Below, one piece after another: positions 1-11,820 of a DNA stretch of 64,000 nt. A model generated the notes under the pieces. It was not told the DNA's origin, ran no database searches, and was given only the letters and a program-made list of their open reading frames with translations. Every line of letters begins with the position of its first letter. Position 1 is the stretch's first letter. Where the stretch lies: the IMG/VR virus record IMGVR_UViG_3300001346_000004. One strand, 5' to 3'. The position numbers and the translations under genes are program-made. Source of the DNA: an uncultured virus (IMG/VR IMGVR_UViG_3300001346_000004) (lineage: Duplodnaviria; Heunggongvirae; Uroviricota; Caudoviricetes).

Positions 1-3000
1 TAATTCAAATGTTCTTGCAGTTTTCTTTGCCCATTCATCTGGTACTGCAAGTTGTCCGCCTACTGCTCCTGCAACAACCAGTTTCAATCCGTTTACAGTT
101 AAGGCTCTGTCAAACACTGTACCATTGTTCTCAGTAATTAATGCACCATTGTTGTATTCTGCATCTGCCGGCACACCAGGTACTGCTGGTATTGCTGGCG
201 AACCTGATCCAAAATATGGATCATCAATTCTAATTACAGGAGGATTTTTTACTGATTCACTATACTGCAAATTATCAATAGTTGACAGCGTTCCTTCTCC
301 TGCACGTTTTAGATAGATGTTTATCTCTTGTCCATCTGCGGGCACATAAGGAAGCGTTACTTCATTGGTGCTACCATCAGCAACAACATAGTAGTCTGCA
401 CTACTTTCAACACTATCCCAACTATCACTAAACCAAGGCAATGCGTCCCACCCGCCTGTGACATCAAATGTTGTTCCTTGAATTTGAACTCCACCATAAT
501 CTATACCAGTCATTAACTGATTTAATTCTTTACCTTTCATACCGTCAGTTGGATTGTAGTATTTGTTTATTCTATTAACACTATCAAGTAATTCATCATT
601 TTTAGAATAATTAATTTTGATTACATCACCTATTTGTGGTGCATCATTTAATATTATTCTACCATGTATAAAACTATATCCGTCTACTTTCTTGGTAAAG
701 ACTGACACTGTATAATCACTTCCTAAAACTGTTTGATTATTTTTTGTAATACTAATTTTAGTTTTATCAATTGTAGGTGCATATCTTAAATCAAAAACAG
801 CAGTTGTTCCTGTTGCAGTAAATGTTTGACTGTCAGTAAATGTTGTAAATAATCCTTCTTTTGCAATTCTATCAAATTTTACTTTTAATTCAAAACTTCT
901 AGTTGTACCTTCACCTAGATATGCAACTGCTACAGCATCGTAAATTGATGCTCCGTTACCGCCAACTAAGTTAACTGTAGGTGTTGATGTATAACCTTTA
1001 CCTTTATTAAGTATGCGAACACCTGTAACTTTTCCGCTTGAGACAAATGCTTGTGCAGATGCTCCTGTACCATTGCCTTCAATTACAACATTCGGTGGAC
1101 TTGTATATCCACTTCCACCGTTAGCAATAACAATATCTGTTATACTGTAACCTTTATTGTCAAACCATGTTTTCCACGGCTCTTGTGTAACTAGTTCACT
1201 ATTTTCATTTACTGTAACAATCTTTCCATCATTACTAGAATACACTGCTGGTAAGTCGAAGTCATTTGCTGCTACTCCGTTACCTTCAAGTTGATTATAT
1301 TTACTTACGTATTCTCTAATAGTTGTTCTGTAAGGTTTTACTTCTTCAATATATTTCTGGAAACTTTCAAGGTTATCGTTACTGTAATTAGGAACAACTT
1401 TTAAGTTTCCAACATTGTGAGTTGCTTTTAAGAAACTAGTTTTGAATAGCCAATCTACATAAACTTGCTCATGTAACACATATCTTATACTGTTAAAGAA
1501 CGTTTTGTTCCATTCAACTTTATTATCACCTATAAATATATTTTCTTTAATTGCAGTGAATATATTTCTTAATTCTACAGTAGGTTCTAAATCATACAAT
1601 CCTGTATCAAAGTTTACTGTATTATCATATCCAGTACCAGAGACTTGTAAATTATATAAACTTTCTGATAATTTAATTGTACCTTGTCTTCTACCAACTA
1701 ATGTGTAATTACCTAAAGGTAAATCACTAGTGTCAGTCTCTTTTTTGAATACAGCCCAACTGCCTGATCCATATTCTTTAATTCTTATCAAATCGCCAAT
1801 GGCTACTTGAATTGATGGCTCTTCAGATGTATCTAATATTTCTTTAGTAACTCTAGTTGTTTCACTGTAACCTGTTTTCCACCAATCAATGTAAGTCCAA
1901 TATTTTGTTGTATCAAAGGCTTGAGATGCACTTCTATAAAATGTTTTTCTAATATCATCCCATGCATATATTGACCAATAATTGCCTGCTGTAGAATCAC
2001 TACTAACAAGTACACTAAACTGTCTTACAACAGGATTTACATAGGTATAATTTTTTCCGCTGTTAACAACGACTGCTTGTACAATTCTACCTTGATTGTC
2101 AATGTGTGTTAGTACTTCAGCGCCAACTCCATCGCCTTGTAATGTAACTGCTGGTCCAGGATACACTCCAGATGCTTCAGTTGTAAATATTTGTTGTGGC
2201 TTGTAACCAAACCCAGGATCAACAATGTTAATAGAAGTTATTTCGTTGTCTACAATATTAGCAGATAGTTTAGCCTGTTTTACTCTAACAGTACCTACAT
2301 TTTCTAGATCTACAATACTGTCAACTTTTACATCATATAGATATAAAACTTCTGCAGGTTCTGGATCAACAAGATTTAAATTAGTAAAATCTATTGTGTT
2401 TGCAAATGCTTCTTTAACTAATATTGCATTTACACTTTCAACTGTTTGTTTTAATATTTGTTTTCTATTTACAAACATACTTTGTCTTGGACGGAAACTT
2501 AAACCATATTTTTGTTTGGCTGGTAAGTTGGTATCAGGGACTCTATTTCCTTGTATATCGTAACCAACTAAACTGTCAATCCATTTCTTTTCAAGTTTAC
2601 TATTAGGAACACTATTTTCATCGCCTTCAGTAAGTAATAAAAATTCTTTATGTGCTACATTATTATTGCTGCTTGTATTATAATATTCGAGATTTAATAT
2701 GGAAATATTATCTGAAACTATATTTTTGTAATTGTAGAAGAAGATTTTATCTGCATCTGCAAGTGCAATATATGTATTACCTAATGTTGACGGATTATTA
2801 ATCAATGATGCTACTTCTCCAGCACTGATCTGTCTGCCTAATATATTTTCTGGAACTGTAACTTTGTTTTTCACCCAGAAGTAATATTTTGTTTCAGTTA
2901 CTAATCCTGTGTTTACATTTAAAAATTCTTTTACACTATAAACAGTATCGTCAGCATATAAAGGCTGTCCTGATACACCTAACTGTAATCCTTCATTTGT

Positions 3001-6000
3001 GTCTGCAAGTACAGACCATTCAGATGGTAAAAGTTTAGATTCAACCCATTCGTAAACATCAATACTAGATCCTTGTACCTGCGCTCCCCAATTTGCAGAT
3101 CTATATGCGATATCTGCTTGCTCGTAATCTAACCATTTTGCAGTGCTAACATTCCACCATAGTTTTCCAACATTTTTACCAAACCATGCAATTGTATCGT
3201 CTACAACAACATCTTCGGTTCCTATATTGTACGTTGCTGGATCATACAATGTTTTATATGTAAGTTCTTTTTCTGCTGCTGCAAGAACTTTTAATTTAGC
3301 AGGATCTACTACTTCTAGATCTTGTATCTTTGTGTCGCCACTATCTTTGTAAAGACTAATTCTTTTAATTCTTGCTAAATCAATTTTATCTGGTTCTGAT
3401 CCTATAATTTCAAGACTGTTAACATTAGGGTCTTTTCTAAATAATCTAACCATGCCGGCTTCTGGACCTGTAAAATCTAACGTTGGTCCATGTACTACCG
3501 GAGCAATATATTTTGGTGAACCTACAGCAATAATATTATTAGAACAAGATACACTATAACCAAATGACTCGTTAGTGCTTAAATCATCTTCTAATTTTTC
3601 TGTTAGTAAATATCTTGTACCTTTTAATTTAAACACATAAACAGCACCACTGTATCCACCGTATGTTGTAAATGATGTGTTTAATTCATCAAATGTCGTT
3701 GAACTTGTATCAAATCTTATAGGCAAATTGTAACCGGTATTATTTGCGCCAATTACTATTTGAGCAGCATTAGACGTCATACAAACTGATTGCCCAAAAT
3801 ATTCGTTTGGATATATTCCGTAACTTTCTATTTTTTGTTTTAATCTATAACGTGATGCTGAAGAATCTGATTCGTATTTAAAGATATATGCACTTCCTTG
3901 ATTTTGAAAGTTTTTATCTGCTTTAGGACTTGTAATAACAAGTGTTGTGCCTGACATATCCATGTCAACAGCGTAACCAAACATATCACCTGTGCTAATA
4001 ATTTCTTCTGCAGGTAAATCACTTATTTCTGCAAGACTTTCAGCAGTTATAGTTTGTTGTAAACTATAAAAGCCTACATCATTTTTAGTATAAACAAAAA
4101 CTTTACCTACTGATTCAGTAGAACTATCTCCAACGTTCACCCACGGATAACCATCATCAGGTGCCTGATTGTAACTTCTAATAGTGCTGTCTGGACCCAC
4201 TGCTGTGGCGCCAAGGTTTTCTAATTTGTGATAACCGCCTTGATATTTTACAACATCATTTTCCATGTATTCATAATTAGGTTGCCAGTTACCTTTATAG
4301 TTTTGAAAGTATTGTCCGTCTGCTTCTACTGCACCTATTATTAAAGTCGTACCGTCATTATTAAATGCAAGGGAACTACCAAACTTATCACCTTCCTTAA
4401 TCAACTCTGCAAGTTGATCCGCAGATAATATTCCTGATGCAAGTGTGGACCCGTCATCTTCTATACTAACGCTACTTGGAAGAGATACATTTGTGTTTAC
4501 TGAATCTAGTTTGATCCAATCATTGCTTTCAATAGATATAGTGCTACCATCGCCTTGATTGTCTGCAAGTGCTTTCCATAAGTTACCATTGTAGAATACA
4601 ATCGATCCTTTAGGATAGTAACTTTCTACAGAAACAGTTCCTGTGCCATCACCTCTACCTGTTGATACAAACTCTAATCCTGGAGTATTAGTTAATGCTC
4701 CTAGTGACATAAAGTCTGTAGTTCCTAATGTTTCAATTGTGTATGTACGGCCTGCAAGTATTTCTGTTGCTGTAAGTGTTCCACCTGGCTGATATATGCC
4801 TCTGTAATCTTTGTTCTGAATTAGTTCCCAGCCGCCTGCTGTTGTATAATTGTAAAGATAAACTCTACCCTTTGTATCATCCAATCCAGGAGCACTTACC
4901 GCCATTGTATACCCTGTGGCTGTTTGTGCTACAGTAATTTTACTACCAAAAAGTTTATCACCGTCTGCTCTTGGACTTACAAAACTTTCTACATAATTCC
5001 ATTGTTGAGCACTATAACTATACAGCGAAATCATACCTTGGTTACTATAACCTTCATTAGATCCACTTTCTAAAGCATTGATGTTGAATGTTTGTTCCCA
5101 GTCTTCTGTATAAACATTAATACTGCTGCCATCGCCTATAATAGTATTTTTTGCTTTCCACAATTGTCCTTCATACAATACAATATCATTAGCAGAATAA
5201 TTTTTATATGTGCTAAACATACCTTGATAATTTGATGGTACTCCTGATGCATTAGGTGAACCAACAATTAACCATTTGTTGTCTGGTGTTGTTGCAAGTT
5301 CTTCTCCATATGTATTTGTGACTGCTGTAGTAAATCCTGTTGTTAGTTGCAATAATTGTTTAACTGCTAAACCATCTGAAGTTTCAACATAAACAACAGT
5401 AATACCTGAACCTGGCATTGATGCTATAGTTTGATTTAATGATTCTAAGTATAATACTTTCTTACCAGTATGCTTAGGATCTGTACTTCCATATGCAGTA
5501 ATCTTTTTAGCACTAAATTGTTTTCTCTTTTCAACAACTTCCCACTTATTACTTCCGTTATTATCTATATACAATTTAGATTTTCTATCTAATAATGCTG
5601 TTTGTTCTAAATCTAAAGTATCATAACTTGCAAATCTAGCATTTGTTAACAAGATAGGATATGTTAATGTGCTAGGTTCAAAGTTTACATCTGCTGGTGG
5701 TTTTTCGGTTTCAAAACTTATAGTAAAATTAGTTACTTCAGTAATTTTATGAAAGCCGTCAATATCGCCAAACGTTTTAAATCCAATAAAGTCATCTGCA
5801 TTTAAATTATGTCTTTTTGTAAAAGTGACAGTTACTTTATTTTTATCTGTAGTGATGTTTGATATAGGCAATTCATTTGCAAAGTTAATACGCAATACAG
5901 TCCAATCACTATCATCAAAAGTTACCCATATATGATCGTTATTAAGTACCCCTGTAATGTCTATGTTTACTATATCATCTCTGGTCTGTACAACATATTT

Positions 6001-9000
6001 TGTTTGGTCGACTTTAACATATCCTGCCGTTCTAAGATATTGTTTTTCAACAGTAGTAGGATTAATATTAGTTGTAAAAGGTATAGGTGCAAAATAAAAA
6101 TCACTTTGATTGATTCTATAATATCTATCAAGCTCAGCAACGTTTTTAGTATTAGTAACTAATAACGGCTGTGGATTAAGAACAAAATTATCTGTATCTA
6201 ATTTAATTTCTACTACTTTAGTTTGATCTGTGCCACCGAGCTGTCCAACTTTGAATGCCCATTCTTCTTTTAAATTTACTCCTTCGTTATCAGTTCTACC
6301 AAGTTTGTTAAATATTTTAGTAAAAGAATTATTTGTTCCTTTTTCTCTAATAAATCCTTGATATAATCTAAACTGTGTTACACTATCTTCAGATAGGTTT
6401 TGTAAATAATCTCTTGTTTGATAGCCAATTGTATGTCTTGCTAACTCTCTTTGACTTTGTGACAGTCCTTCAGTATCAACATCAAAATAATCTTCCATTT
6501 GATTTATTTTAAAATCAAAGTTAGGAACTAATTTTTTCTCAGGTGTTGAGTCAAGTACTGTCCAATTAATAGCATTAAATTCTTCATCGCTTGTATGATT
6601 ACGTTTACTAGTGTAGTTGACACCTTGGTAATTTATAATGTCGCCAAGTTTATAATCAGTAAACGGCTGCCAAGATATAATATTAACATTATCAAATAAG
6701 AATCCCGGGCTAGTATAATCGCCGTCCCAGTCTACAGTTCTAAACCCTTGTACTTTAATTCTTTCTTGTCTATATCCAGTTGGTTTATCAAAAATTACAT
6801 CATTGAAAACTGTTCTATCATTAAAAATAGCAACATGTTCTTTAAGAACATAATTTAATTTTAGATAAAAAAGTCCTCTAGTAGTTTCATTTATTGTAAA
6901 TGTGAATGTTTGGAATTCTCTGTTGACATCAAAGTTTTTAATTTCCATCGGTTCGCCATTATCAGTCAATACATTATAGTCATAAAAACTATCAAGTATA
7001 TTATCAACTACTCCGATCGGTACAGTAACTTTAAGTTTTTCAGCGCCTGGGCTTACTGCAAGTAATGATCCAACTGCCCATTCATTACGTGTCCAGAACA
7101 TAAATTCTTTAGCAGCAGTTGTAAAGTCTTGCATTGCTTGATTATCTGTACTATAGTTTTCAAAAATAAACCCTTGTACTTTTAGATAATGCTCGTATCC
7201 TAGTAGGAAATCTACAACCTGTTGAACTGTGTTAAATGTAGTTCCATAACTTACATCTTCAGTAGCGAATTGATTGAAGTTTCTTCTGCGCTGTGCAGTT
7301 GCAGCACCTACTATTGGTAACTCTGGTAACTTAGTCCAATTATCTGTTTCAAATTTATCAGTGCTTGTATGAGTTAACTTTGCTCTATAAAACATACTTC
7401 TGTACTGAGCTATTGCTCCGTTGTTGTAAAGTTGATCTTCGGTCCAATTTACAAACGTTGCACTAACTCCGCCTACAGATAATGTTGGATCTGCTTGATT
7501 TGGAATTGATTTATAAATCCTAAAGTAAGGATGTACATCATCGTAACCGTTTACTATCCAGCCACCTTCTGTTTTTTCAAATATAATTCCGCTGTAACTA
7601 ACAGTTTGTATTGGAGAAGAAACATTAAAGAATATGTTATAATTTTCTTCTGGTATGAATATACTTGAACTTGCAGCAGCAGGACTTTTAGAATCTAGCA
7701 AATATTTTTGTTGAGTCTTATCAACAAAACCATTTAACCTACTAGTCAATCTTACATTAATATTTGATAATAAACTTTGTGCAGTTGCAATAGGCTTACC
7801 TGATGAAAGCAAATAACTACCTATATAGAATGCTAAACCACTTGTAATATCAGTACTGCCTGTAACAGGTAATACTATTTCATCAGGTTTAATAAAAATT
7901 CCTGTACTCTTACTAATAATTTGATCTGCAATATTTCGTTTTGTTTTGCTTCTATCAAAGTTTGCAACAATATATTCAAACGGACGAAGTAGGCACAATG
8001 CCATTGTTACAACAAATGGAAATTCTGAACTGCTTCTGTAAGCATATTCAGTAGGCGAAATATCACCTAGTTTGAAACTTCCTTTATTATTTGTTAATGT
8101 AAAGTTTGTTGCTAATCCACTATCAAGAGGACTTAATAATTCACCGTATTCATTTACAGGTATATGTCTTAATATACTTGTTCTAGCATATCTTTTATAT
8201 GTACCTGCTCTTTCGCCTTTTCTAATAATACCGTCTCTAATATCTTCCCAAAGAATTAGGTTTCCACTTGTATACGGTGCTTCACCGTATTGTGTATCCC
8301 ACCAACTTGGCTTTTCACTAAACCCAAGCATTTCCCAAGGACAACGATGCGGTCTATCTGTATCATAGAAATAGTTATAAGCACCTCTCCACCATCCTGG
8401 TAAATTTTCATCACCATCTGGTGTTGTCATATTAGAATAGGTATATGTAAATGTTTCTGTATCTTTTAGGTATGTGTTAGCAGTATAAGCAAGATTAGTA
8501 TTTGCTACCCATTTTAAAAATTCTTGGCTTGCTATTGCATCAAATTCTGCTTTTGTAAATACTGAATTTTTATAATAACCTCCAAGATTAGCATCTATAT
8601 CAAATACACTAGGTTCATAAGATTGTTTAATATTATTATAAATTCTATATTCTAATTCTAATAAAACATCATCACGGAAATCGCCATACGCAACAGTAAT
8701 ACTACCATCGTGACCTTGTATAACTTCTGTAGGTACTCTATATGTGTCGTCAATAAACTTCATCGGAGTATACTTTTTGTATAATCCAATTGACGTAGGA
8801 GTCGGTGGCACATGGCAAGACGCTGTTGATACGTACTCGCGTATTTCTATACTGTCACCTTGTATTAAATTGCCTAGTATAGTTAAAAATGCAAACTCTG
8901 AACTAAACGTGTAGTCTTTACCATGCAATAACTGTGTATTATTTTTATACACATATACTGCACGTCTACTTAATGTATCTAAATCAAAAGTATCATTTAG

Positions 9001-11820
9001 TGAAAATGTCTTTAATCCAGGGTCATCAACTGTATAGTTTATTTTTGTAAATGCTCCTGTACCTAATGTGTCACTATCTGCAAAAGGACTTGCTGAGCTT
9101 TTTGTTTTTGTTAATTGTTCAAAAATAGCATCTACTAAATCTGGTATGCTTGATGTGTCATCAACTTCAAAAGATTTTTTTATAAAATTTTCTTTGAATA
9201 ACGAATACTGTTTTTTAGCATATTGCAATGATTTAACAATATTAATTTCTTTGTCTGCAAGCATCAATAATGCTGACGCTGCAACGCCTGAATGTTTTAG
9301 AAATCTTTTTGCGTTTACAGTAAAGTCTGAAATATCTCTTAAATTAGATACTCCTGGAAGTACACCAGTAAATCTTGTGTCAAATTCTAATGCTGTTTTA
9401 ACATGATCAGCCGCTTGCCCAAGAGTAAAAGTTTTTAGTGTTTCATTTAACGGATTTTTTTCTAATCCTACAGGAATTTCATAGTAACCATTTTTAGGAA
9501 TTATTTCGCCAACTACTTTAATTGTAATAATATCGTTAGGTTGAAACACAGTAGTAAAAGTAAACTGGTTTCTATCACGTGTATAAGATTCTTTTAATTC
9601 ATCACCATTTCTAAAAAATATAATTTCAACAGTATCATCTATATTATCAAAATCAATAATATCAGTTTGTACAATGTTTGTAGCATCTATAATTGTAACG
9701 CTATCAACAATAGGCTGTAAGTATTTAGATTGTGTTCTAACCCAACCATTTTCATATTTGCCGTTTACCTGATAATAATGTTTATTGGTGTTATCAATAA
9801 TTGCCTGTTGGTTAATTGTGTATGTAAATTGTTCAGTTTCCCAACTCCAATCAAATTCTATATCACCTACATTATCAATATTTTGATAAGAAATACTTAT
9901 ACCCAATTCGTTGTCAACTGGTCCGGTACCTTGTTTATAACTAAAAATTTTGCTTCCTGCAAAACTACTTACTGGATACGTATTTGAATTATCAAGTGCA
10001 ACACCTGTTTCATTAAAACTGTCAAATAAAGGTGCTTGGTTTACAGTTGTTTTCTCTTGACTCTTTTTCCAAGATGTGCCGTCAAAGTAAAACTGCTTAC
10101 CTGAATTAGAAGTACCTCTACTAGCAAGAACACATTCATTGATTGTTGGTTTGGAATCTGTAGTTTCTTGTAAAGTAATCTGTCTTGTTCCGTTGTGGAC
10201 AATAAACTTAACTTCGTATATTTTGTTGTTTGCAAGATTATCATCATCTGCTGTAACAAGTACTCTTGCGCCTTCAAAAAGAAACTCACCGTCTACACTA
10301 TATCCTGTACTACCTTCAATAGTTGAAAATACATCTTTTGTATAATCATCAATATAATCAACTGAGGCTTTTGCAATTGTTCCTTGCTGGTAAAGTTTTA
10401 TACCAGGATGAAATTCAATAATTGGTCTCTTTGCTCTTGCTGTTTCAAGACCATCAAAATCACTATCTCTATATTTAAATGCATACTCAAGGACACTACG
10501 ATGGAACCATCTATTATATCTGCTCCACGGATTTGAATCATTACTGCTTCTGTTAATTGTTACATAATCTTTATTTGCAGGATACAAAGTTGCATCGTCA
10601 AAAGGTTGTGAATCAAACCCTTCATTATCAAATAATATTTCAGGAGTGTTTGCACTAATGTTAGGTGGAATTAGATCAGCAAATCTTATTAGCGTTATTT
10701 CTTTTCCTATTCCTTCAACTAGCCATGTGTCTGTAGCATACTTTTCACTTTCAACTTGTCCACGGAATTCAACTACCATTCCGTTTGATAGTTCTACTCC
10801 ATTAGCACTTTTATAATAAGTTTTTCCTAAAATTTCTTTTTCAACATTAATTGCTGTATTACTTTCAATATCAGCAATAATAAATCTGCCTAGTCTATTA
10901 GGATCTGTTTCACTTTGATAAAAAAGTACATCTGGAGCATTTAAAGGAACTGTAAATGTAAGTGTGCCTACTTCAATACTATTATTTGTAACTCCGCTAT
11001 TATAAATTAAACTGTTAAACGAAGCGTTGCTATCAACTAGTTCCCAGTCTTGACTATCTAAGTCTATCGAACTTCCGTCTGCAGGACTAACTTCTTCTTT
11101 TGCTCTCCAAAGTTTTCCATCAAATGCTGCTAAGTCACCTGGAAAATAAGTTATTAATGGGTCAAAATTTAAACTACCAGTATCATAATTTGTTCTTAGT
11201 GCAAAAGGCTCGCCTGGTGAGTTAATAGTAAACTTATATGTTTGACCTCTGTATAAAGTAAGTGTTGGATTGTTTGTAAGTCCATCTGGAGTAAACACCC
11301 AAGAAGAACCAATCCCTTGATTAACTTTATATGTAGATTGAATATCCTGTGTTTGACCAAAGATAGCCACCGTAGGTGGACCAGCAGGTACCCAATAGTA
11401 TTCTCTATAATTTATAAACTTATCCCAGTCTATAGGTGGATTCCAACTATAATGCTCTTGGAATGTAGTTTTATCATCTCTTTCGTTTGAATTACCAAAG
11501 AAAGTTTCAATATTTTTAAAATCTAGATAATCGTAAAACTTAGTTACAACCTGATTGTTTTCAACTGTAACGCCTGGCTCTAACTGATATCTACTTCTTA
11601 AAGTATCGTCAGTATCTAAATATACACTATTACCGTTATAAGTTTTGCCAAATCTTCTACCAACATATCCTGATAGTTTATCCAATGCACCTGGTTGTAC
11701 AAGAGGATCAACTACTCCTGATAGAAATTTGTCATTAGCGTCTGTTCTAAAAGTTTCTGGAAGAAGCTCGGAACTTTTTCTAATAGGTAACTGACTGTTA
11801 GGGTAAACCTTATCTACCAT
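1..11820 (-). CDS. Giant baseplate wedge/structural protein (gp7-like position), at least 3940 aa, 3' end outside window
   Basis: ATG at 11820-11818 overlaps the gp6-like stop (TAATG). Reads MVDKVYPNSQLPIRKSSELLPETFRTD..., and codons at 60-1 in the same frame read GGQLAVPDEWAKKTARTFEL. Absence from the ORF track fits no stop before the edge. Contains FG-GAP-like repeats (ESFGYSVS, EYFGQSVC, DMFGYAVD, DKFGSSLA, KLFGSKIT) at ~3500-5400. Confidence 0.85.
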   Translation of the reverse strand, partial: MVDKVYPNSQLPIRKSSELLPETFRTDANDKFLSGVVDPLVQPGALDKLSGYVGRRFGKTYNGNSVYLDTDDTLRSRYQLEPGVTVENNQVVTKFYDYLDFKNIETFFGNSNERDDKTTFQEHYSWNPPIDWDKFINYREYYWVPAGPPTVAIFGQTQDIQSTYKVNQGIGSSWVFTPDGLTNNPTLTLYRGQTYKFTINSPGEPFALRTNYDTGSLNFDPLITYFPGDLAAFDGKLWRAKEEVSPADGSSIDLDSQDWELVDSNASFNSLIYNSGVTNNSIEVGTLTFTVPLNAPDVLFYQSETDPNRLGRFIIADIESNTAINVEKEILGKTYYKSANGVELSNGMVVEFRGQVESEKYATDTWLVEGIGKEITLIRFADLIPPNISANTPEILFDNEGFDSQPFDDATLYPANKDYVTINRSSNDSNPWSRYNRWFHRSVLEYAFKYRDSDFDGLETARAKRPIIEFHPGIKLYQQGTIAKASVDYIDDYTKDVFSTIEGSTGYSVDGEFLFEGARVLVTADDDNLANNKIYEVKFIVHNGTRQITLQETTDSKPTINECVLASRGTSNSGKQFYFDGTSWKKSQEKTTVNQAPLFDSFNETGVALDNSNTYPVSSFAGSKIFSYKQGTGPVDNELGISISYQNIDNVGDIEFDWSWETEQFTYTINQQAIIDNTNKHYYQVNGKYENGWVRTQSKYLQPIVDSVTIIDATNIVQTDIIDFDNIDDTVEIIFFRNGDELKESYTRDRNQFTFTTVFQPNDIITIKVVGEIIPKNGYYEIPVGLEKNPLNETLKTFTLGQAADHVKTALEFDTRFTGVLPGVSNLRDISDFTVNAKRFLKHSGVAASALLMLADKEINIVKSLQYAKKQYSLFKENFIKKSFEVDDTSSIPDLVDAIFEQLTKTKSSASPFADSDTLGTGAFTKINYTVDDPGLKTFSLNDTFDLDTLSRRAVYVYKNNTQLLHGKDYTFSSEFAFLTILGNLIQGDSIEIREYVSTASCHVPPTPTSIGLYKKYTPMKFIDDTYRVPTEVIQGHDGSITVAYGDFRDDVLLELEYRIYNNIKQSYEPSVFDIDANLGGYYKNSVFTKAEFDAIASQEFLKWVANTNLAYTANTYLKDTETFTYTYSNMTTPDGDENLPGWWRGAYNYFYDTDRPHRCPWEMLGFSEKPSWWDTQYGEAPYTSGNLILWEDIRDGIIRKGERAGTYKRYARTSILRHIPVNEYGELLSPLDSGLATNFTLTNNKGSFKLGDISPTEYAYRSSSEFPFVVTMALCLLRPFEYIVANFDRSKTKRNIADQIISKSTGIFIKPDEIVLPVTGSTDITSGLAFYIGSYLLSSGKPIATAQSLLSNINVRLTSRLNGFVDKTQQKYLLDSKSPAAASSSIFIPEENYNIFFNVSSPIQTVSYSGIIFEKTEGGWIVNGYDDVHPYFRIYKSIPNQADPTLSVGGVSATFVNWTEDQLYNNGAIAQYRSMFYRAKLTHTSTDKFETDNWTKLPELPIVGAATAQRRRNFNQFATEDVSYGTTFNTVQQVVDFLLGYEHYLKVQGFIFENYSTDNQAMQDFTTAAKEFMFWTRNEWAVGSLLAVSPGAEKLKVTVPIGVVDNILDSFYDYNVLTDNGEPMEIKNFDVNREFQTFTFTINETTRGLFYLKLNYVLKEHVAIFNDRTVFNDVIFDKPTGYRQERIKVQGFRTVDWDGDYTSPGFLFDNVNIISWQPFTDYKLGDIINYQGVNYTSKRNHTSDEEFNAINWTVLDSTPEKKLVPNFDFKINQMEDYFDVDTEGLSQSQRELARHTIGYQTRDYLQNLSEDSVTQFRLYQGFIREKGTNNSFTKIFNKLGRTDNEGVNLKEEWAFKVGQLGGTDQTKVVEIKLDTDNFVLNPQPLLVTNTKNVAELDRYYRINQSDFYFAPIPFTTNINPTTVEKQYLRTAGYVKVDQTKYVVQTRDDIVNIDITGVLNNDHIWVTFDDSDWTVLRINFANELPISNITTDKNKVTVTFTKRHNLNADDFIGFKTFGDIDGFHKITEVTNFTISFETEKPPADVNFEPSTLTYPILLTNARFASYDTLDLEQTALLDRKSKLYIDNNGSNKWEVVEKRKQFSAKKITAYGSTDPKHTGKKVLYLESLNQTIASMPGSGITVVYVETSDGLAVKQLLQLTTGFTTAVTNTYGEELATTPDNKWLIVGSPNASGVPSNYQGMFSTYKNYSANDIVLYEGQLWKAKNTIIGDGSSINVYTEDWEQTFNINALESGSNEGYSNQGMISLYSYSAQQWNYVESFVSPRADGDKLFGSKITVAQTATGYTMAVSAPGLDDTKGRVYLYNYTTAGGWELIQNKDYRGIYQPGGTLTATEILAGRTYTIETLGTTDFMSLGALTNTPGLEFVSTGRGDGTGTVSVESYYPKGSIVFYNGNLWKALADNQGDGSTISIESNDWIKLDSVNTNVSLPSSVSIEDDGSTLASGILSADQLAELIKEGDKFGSSLAFNNDGTTLIIGAVEADGQYFQNYKGNWQPNYEYMENDVVKYQGGYHKLENLGATAVGPDSTIRSYNQAPDDGYPWVNVGDSSTESVGKVFVYTKNDVGFYSLQQTITAESLAEISDLPAEEIISTGDMFGYAVDMDMSGTTLVITSPKADKNFQNQGSAYIFKYESDSSASRYRLKQKIESYGIYPNEYFGQSVCMTSNAAQIVIGANNTGYNLPIRFDTSSTTFDELNTSFTTYGGYSGAVYVFKLKGTRYLLTEKLEDDLSTNESFGYSVSCSNNIIAVGSPKYIAPVVHGPTLDFTGPEAGMVRLFRKDPNVNSLEIIGSEPDKIDLARIKRISLYKDSGDTKIQDLEVVDPAKLKVLAAAEKELTYKTLYDPATYNIGTEDVVVDDTIAWFGKNVGKLWWNVSTAKWLDYEQADIAYRSANWGAQVQGSSIDVYEWVESKLLPSEWSVLADTNEGLQLGVSGQPLYADDTVYSVKEFLNVNTGLVTETKYYFWVKNKVTVPENILGRQISAGEVASLINNPSTLGNTYIALADADKIFFYNYKNIVSDNISILNLEYYNTSSNNNVAHKEFLLLTEGDENSVPNSKLEKKWIDSLVGYDIQGNRVPDTNLPAKQKYGLSFRPRQSMFVNRKQILKQTVESVNAILVKEAFANTIDFTNLNLVDPEPAEVLYLYDVKVDSIVDLENVGTVRVKQAKLSANIVDNEITSINIVDPGFGYKPQQIFTTEASGVYPGPAVTLQGDGVGAEVLTHIDNQGRIVQAVVVNSGKNYTYVNPVVRQFSVLVSSDSTAGNYWSIYAWDDIRKTFYRSASQAFDTTKYWTYIDWWKTGYSETTRVTKEILDTSEEPSIQVAIGDLIRIKEYGSGSWAVFKKETDTSDLPLGNYTLVGRRQGTIKLSESLYNLQVSGTGYDNTVNFDTGLYDLEPTVELRNIFTAIKENIFIGDNKVEWNKTFFNSIRYVLHEQVYVDWLFKTSFLKATHNVGNLKVVPNYSNDNLESFQKYIEEVKPYRTTIREYVSKYNQLEGNGVAANDFDLPAVYSSNDGKIVTVNENSELVTQEPWKTWFDNKGYSITDIVIANGGSGYTSPPNVVIEGNGTGASAQAFVSSGKVTGVRILNKGKGYTSTPTVNLVGGNGASIYDAVAVAYLGEGTTRSFELKVKFDRIAKEGLFTTFTDSQTFTATGTTAVFDLRYAPTIDKTKISITKNNQTVLGSDYTVSVFTKKVDGYSFIHGRIILNDAPQIGDVIKINYSKNDELLDSVNRINKYYNPTDGMKGKELNQLMTGIDYGGVQIQGTTFDVTGGWDALPWFSDSWDSVESSADYYVVADGSTNEVTLPYVPADGQEINIYLKRAGEGTLSTIDNLQYSESVKNPPVIRIDDPYFGSGSPAIPAVPGVPADAEYNNGALITENNGTVFDRALTVNGLKLVVAGAVGGQLAVPDEWAKKTARTFEL

